Origin: Lytechinus pictus
Taxonomy: Eukaryota
Length of the DNA: 64,000 bases
Direction of reading: 5' to 3'
Assembly: GCF_037042905.1 (NCBI RefSeq)
Contig: NC_087247.1
Span: forward strand, 67,394,001 to 67,458,000
Shown here: piece after piece, positions 54,192 through 64,000 of the stretch
Layout: every line of letters starts with the position of its first letter
How positions within the stretch are numbered: position 1 is the stretch's first letter
Translations under genes and position numbers: made by a program
Notes under the pieces: generated by a model
Told to the model about the DNA's origin: nothing
The model's input: only the letters and a program-made list of their open reading frames with translations
The model's database searches: none

Positions 54192-55786
54192 ATGGCTACC
54201 ACTAGTCCGGGATCACTGAATTTTATGTGAAAACAACAATATATTTCCTTTGCTGGGGTTAGGCAGCAAATTTGGCCGGTGTGAATAGGAAAATTTTTAT
54301 TTTGGGGTTAAGGAAAGTCCGGGGTTAAAAAAAAGTCATGAGAAAAGTCTGTATGGTACAAACCTAGAATAGAAGATTCTCCAGTATATTTTGTTTGAAG
54401 ATAGTAGCTGGATATTTGTATTCAAATTGTTAATCAGCAATGAAATTTGGATTGCATAGATATATGGTATAACTTGTGTGAATGAGGTCCTTGAAGTCAG
54501 TCACCACTCAGCCATAGAACTAAAACCCATCAAAGCCTTACTCAAGATTCAAACCTAAATTAGCAATCACAGTAAATTTCCTGTGTTGACATGGTTCTCA
54601 CTCTGAACTTCTTAACATTCCTTGCTCAACATACAGACCTCTCTCATGCAGCAGAATCGGCAAGACTGTAAAACAGTGAGAGTGAAAAGTAATGTTCTCA
54701 AGAAAGATGAAGAAAAAACATGTTTTGGCCCTTATGATATGATTGAATTTACTGACAGGAAATTGTTCTCCCACAAGCTTTCAGCCTGTTATCATTTTTT
54801 TTTAAATTCTTCCCAAAAGATTGTCGGACCTTACTTTATATTTTCAATTCTCAACATGCTCCTGAGTGATTTGTTTGAATCATGAAACATAAACATTTGT
54901 TTGAATATGATTTCTTTTAAAAAAAGGATAGGCCTATACTTTTTACAATTCTAAGTTGCTATTTTGTGTTAATCTTATTTCTGAGTGAAAAAAAATGCAT
55001 TGATGTGGTATGAACTCACCCCAAAGAAAGGGAAATAAATATTCAAGCAAGATTCTTGTGAGATCTCATCACATCTCCAGATGTTGTTTGTGTATTTGAT
55101 TACCAAGGCCAGAGCTATACTAAATAACATCCCAAAGCTGTTAGAAATGAATATCAGATAAACAGAATAAAATCAGAACCATTGATTTCAAATCACATCC
55201 AAGCTACAAGTCGTATGACTGAATCTCTTTCACCTCGCCCCAATATCTCAACAACAAGAAATGAAATGAGGAATAAGTCAATATTCTTTCTGGTAAAAAC
55301 AAGAGTTGTAACCACTAGACCATGATGCCCCCACATTCAATTGCTTTGCTGCAGCAAAACTTAATGTATATTGTGAAATTGAAATATTCATTACAAGTAT
55401 TTAATTGAGCATATTTGGTTCAAAATCGACGGAAAATCAAAGGAAAAAGAACGTTTTATTTTTTGGGAAACAGGGTATCATGCTGTAATTCACACATGTG
55501 TAGATTGGATGATATATCATCATCTTATGACATATTTTCAAAAAAGTTACCCAAATTTATGATTGTGACAGATAACTTTTTAGAAGTCAAGTGATATGAC
55601 AATATTAAAACTCAGTTTCATTCTAAATTTGTAAAAATAAATAGGTCTATGTATGTTTATTCTCTCACTTGTGTTACTATGACTAACAATGCTTGTGAAT
55701 TTTACATTTCATGAAGAGCTAAAATTTATTCTTGAAAAAGAAAATTTCAATAACCCTGGGGTTTATTTTACTTTGATATGTATTAA

Positions 55787-56376
55787 AGGTCAAGTCCACC
55801 CCAGAAGAATGTTGATTTGGATTTATAGAAAAAATCAAATTACCATAACACTGAAAATTTCATCAAAATCGGATGTAGAGTAAGAAAGTTATGACATTTT
55901 AAAGTTTTGCTTATTTTTCACGAAACAGTTAAATGCACAACTCAATGATATGCAAATGAGAGAGTCAGTAATGTCACCAACTCTTTCTTTCTTTTGTTTT
56001 TTATTGTTTGAATTATACTTAAAATTTTACAAATTTGACAATAGTGACCAATGTGACCGAACCATAAAGTGATAAAACAGTGATAATTCCACATATTCAT
56101 GGAAGAATAAAACTTTATTTTAAATTTTAATGAGGAGAAACTTAAAATATGGCATATTTTGTATAATAAAATACAAAAGAAATAGTGAGTGGATGATGTC
56201 AACAGTTCCCTCATTTGCATACCTAACCGGATGTGCATATAACTTTTTTTTGTGAAATTTTAAAATGTCATAACTTTCTTATTTTTGATCCGATTTTGAT
56301 GAAATTTTCAGTGTTATTCTTGTTGGATTTTTCTCTTTTTATTCAAACATACTGTTTGTTGGGGTGGACTTGTCTT
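55787..56376. mobile_element. Kolobok-like MITE
   Basis: TTAA|aggtcaagtccacccca ... tggggtggacttgtctt|TTAA; long internal inverted arms (cactgaaaatttcatcaaaatcggat / atccgattttgatgaaattttcagtg). Confidence 0.9.
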
Positions 56377-57093
56377 TTAATAATTAAATCTTTTCAGGAA
56401 GCTAATTATATTGATCATGATAAACAAACTCATGGCCTCTTCATTGATTGAGAGTAATTAGACTTCATAAAATGTACTGGTTTAGTTGCCCATTTAATAT
56501 GAATGACATCTTGTACTTCATATATGCTTTAACCTCCTAAAAAGATGAAATGGCATGGCCATTTAAATACTATTCTGGAATAAAGGTATGTGCATGATTT
56601 CCCTCCACTATTAAACATGTATAAGCCTGAAGATAAGGGTGTAATAATCACCTTCCCAATATAAAACTTTCCCAACTTTTAACCTGACGAAGAAAAAAAG
56701 TAGAGGTTTGGTCAAAGTGAAAGCTATCAAATTAAGGAATTGAAAGGGGAGGAAGCGGGAAATACGGATAATGATTGAAATAAAAATAGAGTGAAAATAT
56801 TTAGAGAAAACAAAGTGTTGTTCTCAAAGCACAGAAGTCATAATTCATCTATGGGCTCTTGAGGAGAGTCAGAGATTGCTCAACTTCCTGAGGGGAATTT
56901 CACTTCAATAATTTCATTAGTGGAATGACTAGGCTTCGTGTCTTTGTTTTAATGCCCTTTGACCGCTAAAACCTCCATAAAAACAGTTCAGAATTTTATG
57001 TGAGATTACAAAAAAATATGGCATATGACATAGGTACCTGTAAGAAAAAAAATGGAAAGGATGGGGGGGGGCATGTAGGTCTATCTGTTCAAT

Positions 57094-57749
57094 GGGTGAT
57101 TTCAAGTACGGTGTTCAGTGTTGGTGTTGGTGTTGAGAGCGTAAAAAGGCCGCTGAACCGAGCTCCAACACCGAGCTGGGTTCAGAGGAATGATACCGAT
57201 TGTGTTATTGATAGCACATGACGTCACGCCTCTGCGCTGCGCTGCTAAATCATCTCAACTTCACGCGATAAGTCTCGACGACGAAAATGAAATCGGAGAG
57301 AAATGCATTAAATTCTCATCGTACAGAATACCAATGTTTTAATTAATTCAAGAATTCGAAAGAGTGAACATTATTCTTCATCAAAATATATACAGCTCAA
57401 ATGATTTGTACTCATCTTAACTGTAAAAGCTAATTTTACGGGGATGTTTCATCGTGTTCGCCTCCTGTTCACGAGCTTGAGATTGCCAACACCAACACCA
57501 ACACCGAACTTGAAATCATGATTTGGTGTTGGTGAATGGGGAAATTGCGCGTAGATCGTCAACACCAGCCGCAGTGCGGGGTTCAGCAGACGACATTCAA
57601 CACCAGCATTCAACACGAACTGCCGGAAATACGTCATATTTTCCGAGGTCAATCCCAACACCAGCCTGATTTCAAGTACGGTGTTGTAGCTGGTGTTGGT
57701 GTTGTCACAACACCAACACCAGATTTCAACACCGTACTTGAAATCACCC
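57094..57749. mobile_element. PIF/Harbinger-like MITE, intact
   Basis: Perfect 22-bp TIR GGGTGATTTCAAGTACGGTGTT; 3-bp TSD AAT; internal (GGTGTT)n repeats and internal TIR-like copies near 57501 and 57668. Confidence 0.92.
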
Positions 57750-59202
57750 AATGATGTATTTGCTGATAGGCATACTCTAGCCACTTCATATCTGCCATCT
57801 TGACCTTTTTGTGATGCCTGTTTGGGATAAAAGGAGTTAGATTTGTTTGTTTTTTCTATTCAGTATTTTATGTTTTCTAGCATGAATACTTTTTTTACCA
57901 TTGGAATCAATTTTTTTACTTTTTCAGATGCCCATTTTTGTGCAATAAGGTTTTATTAACACCATTCCTATTGAATATGATTGATAATTTCTAAATAAGG
58001 GGTATGAAGAAACCTCTCATGTCTCACTCAGTTATCAATGTGCTTGTCATGATTAAATGATGCACTGAAGACTATTGGCATTATTTAATTAAATCTAGTT
58101 AATGGTAATATCAGGTCTATGTAGCTGCTTCAGTCAGTGTGAGGAGTAGAACATCTTCAGGCCATCGAAGCGTAACGTGATGAGAGTGAAATGTACTTTG
58201 TGAGACAGAGAAGGAGAGTGATGGCCTGACTCTACCCGTTTTTGTCGTCGATGGTTGCGTAATTGGATTTAAATTACTGAATTGTTTTACCAGAGCTGTT
58301 TATTAAATAAATAATGAAGGGTTACCCGCCGGGAGAGCAGTGATGCCATTAATCATTCGGGATCACAAATTGAAAATGAATGTTCTTTAGAGACTATGAA
58401 GGGAAGCGATAGGCATATATGTTTAAACAGAGTTAGAATACATTATTACATTCAGATGTTCAATGGTTTTCAAAACATATCATATAAAATTTTATAAAAC
58501 AAAATCTTTACACTCCATTAAAAAAATTAACATTTCTGTTTTCAAGTAGACCTAGAGATATATGACTTGTCTTTATATCATTAAAGTTAAAATGCATTTT
58601 GTAGATATTATACATTTTCTATCTTTCTGTAGATCATGTCATTTGGCCCTTGTATCAATAAGCAATACAATGTATTCAAGAGAAATAGAAGAAAAATATA
58701 AATGCAAAAAGTTTTTAAAAAGGTAGCAGTAAAATGACACATGTAAAACCTATCATGGTACGTAAAGCGTGGTGTGTTGCATGATTCAATTAGTTGACGA
58801 TAGTTGCTCTGCCCGGTCAGGCGGAGTCTCCCTGCCGCTACTATAGCTAGATGCGTTGCACTGTTTTTGTCGTTGGTTTTGACATAGCCTAGTCGTTTGT
58901 CCCCTTCACGACAAATTAACACGGCGTGTCTTCAATTTCAAGTTTTATCGCTACTCAATATCATCTGTCATCCCTAGAGAGTTGTAAAATCAATAATGCA
59001 TTGCCTGAGATAGATAAATATTATGGGTAGATATACCATGCTGCTCACTTTATACTATCTTGTACTCTTCTTAGCTCACCTGATAGATAATATTTGGAAA
59101 CAGTGTGCCTTTAAGAAAATCATTTTGATATCAAAATCAGGTTTTATGGATTTTGTGTCCCCCTACTTGAAAATGGACTCGGACTATTCTCATTCTTCCG
59201 AC

Positions 59203-59618
59203 AGAAATTACTGCACGTACAGAGTAAAACCCGTAATCAGGGGTGTCTTTGTTTGCGCAGAGAGAAACTACCTCACGTGCAATAGTAAAAAACCCTGATC
59301 AGGGGTATCTTCGTTCGTGGAAAGAGAACTACCGCATGTGCAATAGTAAAAACTCCTGATCAGTAGTTTCTCACTGCTCTTGCTGAGAGAAACTACTGTA
59401 CATGCAGAGTAAAACCACTGATCAGTAGTTAATCGTTGCTCGTGCAAAGAAAGACTACTGCATGTGCAGAGTAAAACCCCTGATCAGTAGTTTCTTTTTG
59501 CTCGTGCAAAGAAAGACCACTGCACATGGAGAGTAAAACCCCTGATCAGTAGTTTCTCATTGCTCGCGTATAGAGAAACTACTGCATGTGCAGAGTAAAA
59601 CCCCTGATCAGGGGTTTT
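59203..59618. repeat. ~62-bp minisatellite (about 6.5 units) with internal inverted repeats
   Basis: agtaaaa...tgatcag recurs at 59223, 59284, 59345, 59408, 59470, 59532 and 59594. Confidence 0.9.
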
Positions 59619-61260
59619 GGGTATTTTGGAACAATTCGCCTTCCATAGGCTACTTTACACCTTAGAGTTTTCTCTCAGATCAGGTACATAAACATGCTTA
59701 TTAAACGCAAACACCCTGATCAAGCAAACACTCAAGCCACTCTGACAGAGCTTCAAAAACCCAAGCAAATGCTTAAATGCAACACACAAGCCAAATGTTC
59801 GCATTATGCATACGCTTTTTAGCATTAGCTTAATCGTCCTTAGCGATTGCTAACAGGCAATTAGCAATCACTAGTTTGCTTGAGCTTAGTAGCAAAAGCA
59901 TTTGTTCACACATTTTTGTGCATCTGACCCATTGTGTTAGACAAGCAAGAATTTATTGTTGGTTTCTATTAGCCAATATTGTACTCTTTGCCTGTCAGTT
60001 TCAGGTGTCAGCTACTTGGATGATCCCAGCAGAACTGCCCCTTGTTTCATTAAACCCTTTGTCATTGTTGTACTTTAGAAAAATAGTAAGGCTTGTCTGA
60101 TGTCTTCATCTTGAATAGCCAATGTTCTTTTACTTACTAAGCTATTTCAATTTTGATTTTATGTACATCGTGATAAAAAAAAAATTAAATGACCATGAAT
60201 TTAGGGTTTCTAAAAAAAATGTGAATTTGGGCTGAAATAAATCCTTGCATGGTGCTTCAAGAAGACTGATCATGCCTAGGCTAGGTGGTAGCTGAGTGAG
60301 TCGCTAGGGAGTACAGAAAGGAAGTTCAGAGTTGCCACTTCCTGACCTCAGGCTAAAATACTCCCTGTACTCCTTTTATTTTTTACCTTCTTCTCGGAAT
60401 CTATGTACTTTATTCTCTTCATAGGTGGAAAACACTTCTATTTGGAATCAATAGTTGTTCATTACCTAAATAAAGTAATTAACTTTTTTATTTGAAACAA
60501 AAGTATTGGTGTATTTTAAAAAGATAGAACATAACAAAGGGCTCATTTTAGGCCTATACAATTTTATTTCAATTTAAATATTAATATTTACATTAAATTA
60601 ATTTACAATTTGTGATTGATATTCTGCAGTTATTTGCCTATCATAACTGTTTTAAAATAGTCCTATTTTATTCACTTCTCTGCCTTTCAAAAATATACAG
60701 TGCAAAAACCATTTGAATAATAAGGCTATAAATGAAAAAAATTGTAACATGATTACTGTGATAGGCTTGTTATTTATCTTGTAGATATAAATATCATGAA
60801 GTAGTGGCCTACATATGAGAATAACAATATTATACTTGTTTTTTTCATTGATTTTTAATACCTTTCAGTGCCAACTCAGTATGTAGGCCTATACCTGCTT
60901 TGAGAGAATTTAGTTTTGACATTTCATGAATCATACACTTATTAGCAGCTACTGTGTAATGTGACATACATCCATTTCATAGTCAGCACTTAAAATCCAC
61001 CAAAGTGCACCTTACCATAAATTAATGGAAATACATTAATGTGAATGAATAGAGTAAAATTAAACAAGCAAAATGGTTAAAATCTAAAAAAAACAGATGA
61101 AATATACTTAAGTTTTACCATTGAATAAGAATGTGCGCAAAAGAATGGTGCCATACAAACGAAAGCCCATCCATTTTTTTCTGTTTGATTATGTTATGAA
61201 AGAACATTATGAAATTAAACTATGGTTAGGCTCCTGATGTTTAGGCCTATATTATGTTAA

Positions 61261-61844
61261 AGGAGAATGAAACCCTTGAAACCAGCTGAATGCATATCAA
61301 AGAGAAAAATCAAAGAAACATATTGTTGAAAGTTTGAGGAAGATTGAATTAATAAATAAAAAAGTTATGAGCATTTGAATATTGAGATCACTAGTGCCAT
61401 GTAGATCCTCCCATCGGCAATGCGACCAAGATCTGTGATATCACACACGTACAACTCCCTCATTAATTTAGTACTTATTTCACGTATATTCTCACTTTTA
61501 TAGAGTCTATCACAAGGTGAGGTGTTCTCTTTATGATATGACAAGTACAGAGGTTTCACAACATTATATCATTGATGAATCGTTTGTCATATGATTAGAA
61601 TGAGCAAAAATAAATGTTTTGGGGTATATTTTCAGTGTCCAAATGGGAGAGTTGTACGTGTGTGACATCACAGATCTTGGTCGCATTGCCAATGGGAGGA
61701 TCTCCATAGCATTAGTGATCTCGACATTCAAATGCTCATAACTCTTTTATTGCTAGTCCTATTTTACTCAAAGTTTTGTTGATCTTATTCTTTGATTTTT
61801 CTGCTTTCACAAAAGCTAACTTGCTCCAAGAGTTTCATTCTCCT
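61261..61844 (-). mobile_element. Kolobok-like MITE (copy 2, inverted relative to 32003-32584)
   Basis: TTAA|aggagaatgaaac ... gtttcattctcct|TTAA; close match to the reverse complement of copy 1. Confidence 0.93.
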
Positions 61845-63201
61845 TTAATTGATATGATGCATGTGTGATATTGAGATAGATTCTTGCTGCACACCCTGAA
61901 TTTGAAAACAACATGATTTTTTTTCAAAAGAAAAAGAATATAGTTACAACCCAGAATTTTCATGGAATGATATTTAAACAAAGTTTGCATTTGTAGACTA
62001 GGTTAGAAAAAAATGGAGAGGGGAGAGTGCTGTAGTGAACAGCTGAGCTATATCATTTCTCAGGCCATTACATAATCATGATATCCCCACCCTCTCTTCC
62101 TCTTTCTCCCTCCCTCTGATAACACACAGTCCTGTATCTTTTTCCAAGAAGCTCCTTGCTTTTTCCAATTCAGCAATAAATGCACATGGACACTTCTCCC
62201 ACTACACCATACTGTGTTGTGGTAGTGGTGCTATCCATTGAATTTATTTAACTTTTAAGCTGTTGTCCAGAAGATGTTCTAGTGAGTGGTAATAGCAGAG
62301 CTGGATTGCCCCATCTAATCTGGTGGTGGAAGTTTTTGGTAGCAGGCGCTAGTTTGGGCTTGCTGTGAGCGTGAGAGCAGGAGAAAGCGCTGGGAAACTG
62401 GAAGTGATGTGTAACTGGTGGAAGCATTTACTGCTGTGCGATGCGATAAGGTTGTAGACAGTGGATCAGAGAGCACATGGGCATAGTGAAGGGTGTCAGC
62501 GCTTCACTTCTTCTACAACTTTACAAGGTTCTTCTGGAATACCTGTGCTACCAATTTTAGTGGAATTTGGTTGGATATACAGCAAAGAGAAGTTAATAAA
62601 GTTTGATGGAGTTGTTCAGCTTGGATGTACATTTAGAGAACACCAGATGCACATGGTTGATAATGTAACATTTGCTTGGAGTTTGAGGTGTCTACCAACT
62701 TGCATGATCAGCATCTCATAACAATTAAATAACTTGGAGTTGGTGTGCTCTTCTTGGAATGGAGATTATCTGTGGATCAGCCTGATAAATTAAAAAAAGT
62801 GTATATTAGGAGCATCCCTTGAATTAGTAAAATGAAAATAATCTTTCAAAGTTGTAGGAATTTGCAGAAATTTGTTTTGTGAAGTTTGCTCAATTAGAAA
62901 TCTTCAATATTCTTATGTTGGACCCCATCAGAAATAAAGGTCGTATTCAAATCCAGTGAGACTGCAGTCACATCAAATTAACAAATTAAATTGATTGATA
63001 ATTTACTCTCCTTTAGCTCTTATTTTTTATGAAGAAAAGTGAGTTTAAAAAAAATTACAGTAAACTGAATTTGTGATTCTCTCTGCAAGCAAGTGCCCAA
63101 ACTCTTTCCTGATCCTGTAATTAATACAAAGGAGTAAATTTGGAGCAATTTGGGAATAAATATTTTGTTTTGATAGACAAACCATCTTGATTGAGATCAA
63201 G

Positions 63202-63333
63202 ATGTATAGTCAAGCAGCCCACACTATGCAGGCGGAGTCTGGCTACCCTGTACCGGTAGCTGTGACTGTAGCATCATATCATCAGCAGCCGTCCATGTTT
63301 ATACCCAACTATGCACATGCTAGATATCCATGG
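63202..63333 (+). CDS. Candidate alternative first coding exon, MYSQAAHTMQAESGYPVPVAVTVASYHQQPSMFIPNYAHARYPW
   Basis: aagATG start, 44 open codons more GC-rich than the flanks, donor TGG|gtaagc in phase 0, which fits the expected next (IYSPDH-type) exon beyond the window. Confidence 0.6.
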
Positions 63334-64000
63334 GTAAGCAACCTTCAACCCTCCCGCTGGCCACCCGCCGCCCAACCATGTCTGTTTGTCTGGTCTTGGT
63401 TCATAGCTTGCTAGAACTTATTATATCCATTCATCTTGAAATATTATCTATCATGTTTAATTGATGTTTGTCTTGTAAATGCAAGAGGAATCTCTAGATC
63501 TTTCCTACCATATTATTATGCTACCTGAAAAATGCATATTAATATCTTAAAAGTTTGGTATATCTTTGTTAACTCATGCAATGTTTAATTCCAAGTTCAA
63601 ATCTTGTGTTGCAGTTTTTATTGGGAGTAATATTTAATTCCAGCAAATAACTCCTTTTATATTTAATATGGCCATTTTATTAGTCTGCTTCCATAATTAT
63701 CTATAAGTCTTTTTACTTACTTTTACTTTATGTCCACAATGCTGTAGTGTTACATGAGTGCCTTATTTAAAATTTAATAATGAAGGCTTTCAATCATGTC
63801 TGTACAGATCAATCCTGATTCCAGGCATGTGAAAGTACAAATTTAAAGGCAGTTTTTTCCTATTTCAGGATTTCTACCAAAGAGGAAGGTCATCTTCCAT
63901 GGATAGGAAGGTTAGAAAGGTTATGCTAATTGACAGTGTGAAGAGGGGGTGGGTGGGGTTTGCATGGATCATGAAGATGGGAATAGGGGTGGGGGTAAAG

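Noticed and set aside
57449-57784. 111-aa and 72-aa ORFs
   Set aside because: Inside a MITE and built from GGTGTT repeats; not a transposase.
59203-59618. CRISPR-like periodic array
   Set aside because: The intervening segments are homologous to each other rather than unique spacers, there are no cas genes, and the context is a eukaryotic intron.
32287-61559. Duplicated 64-aa ORFs (32287-32481 and 61365-61559) as a small gene family
   Set aside because: Both lie inside copies of the same MITE, start at GTG and have no recognisable domain.
1-64000. bHLH domain, AD1, RNA genes or nested genes
   Set aside because: No ERRxANNARER bHLH or DKELSDLLDFS AD1 motif, and no tRNA/rRNA-like sequence, was seen by eye. 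The remaining short ORFs look random. An Infernal/Rfam and tRNAscan run would be needed to exclude small ncRNAs.

Overview
AT-rich animal genomic DNA, probably a deuterostome invertebrate. The repeat landscape and gene structure look sea-urchin-like, but that assignment is inference. The whole window lies inside one large + strand gene for a class I bHLH E-protein (homolog of TCF3/E2A, TCF4/E2-2, TCF12/HEB and daughterless). Seven internal coding exons splice in a consistent phase chain: 7889-7944, 20228-20360, 21945-21976, 39833-39920, 41429-41574, 45738-45876 and 46484-46566 (677 nt). They encode xKSKDLYSMPSYSSISRES|GMGQINNDLSITSPSGSVSPHTKPGSPYMYNRRRSSLMPDPPSL|THKRRKAPGMS|VYSPGAEDYHSDPNYSSPKPPGMYPEYFM|EGSHSQGHSHSSTNPWSSNGMAPTSNSFHSLHNSSSYSQAGEYPTHEPM|YQSSNSGMSSGHDPLSLPPMTTFRPGTTNTAPYTSSPPINGTETVM|SSSRGNGTNNSSGSSSHTGAALGKALAS. 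The N-terminal AD1 exons and the bHLH exons lie outside the window. The most interesting signals are candidate intronic alternative first exons. One (28852-28926, with CCAAT and TATA boxes) lies in the intron that holds the vertebrate HEBAlt/E2-2Alt exon. A second (63202-63333) has an MY...YPVP motif resembling the HEBAlt Alt domain but lies in a later intron. There is also a candidate stop-containing exon at 48053. The introns carry many non-autonomous DNA transposons (Harbinger-like, Kolobok-like, a 6-bp-TSD family, a deleted Tc1 and a Helentron-associated-like tandem element), a 62-bp hairpin minisatellite, simple repeats and one assembly gap. No RNA genes or CRISPR arrays are supported. 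All protein comparisons are from memory; no database search was run.
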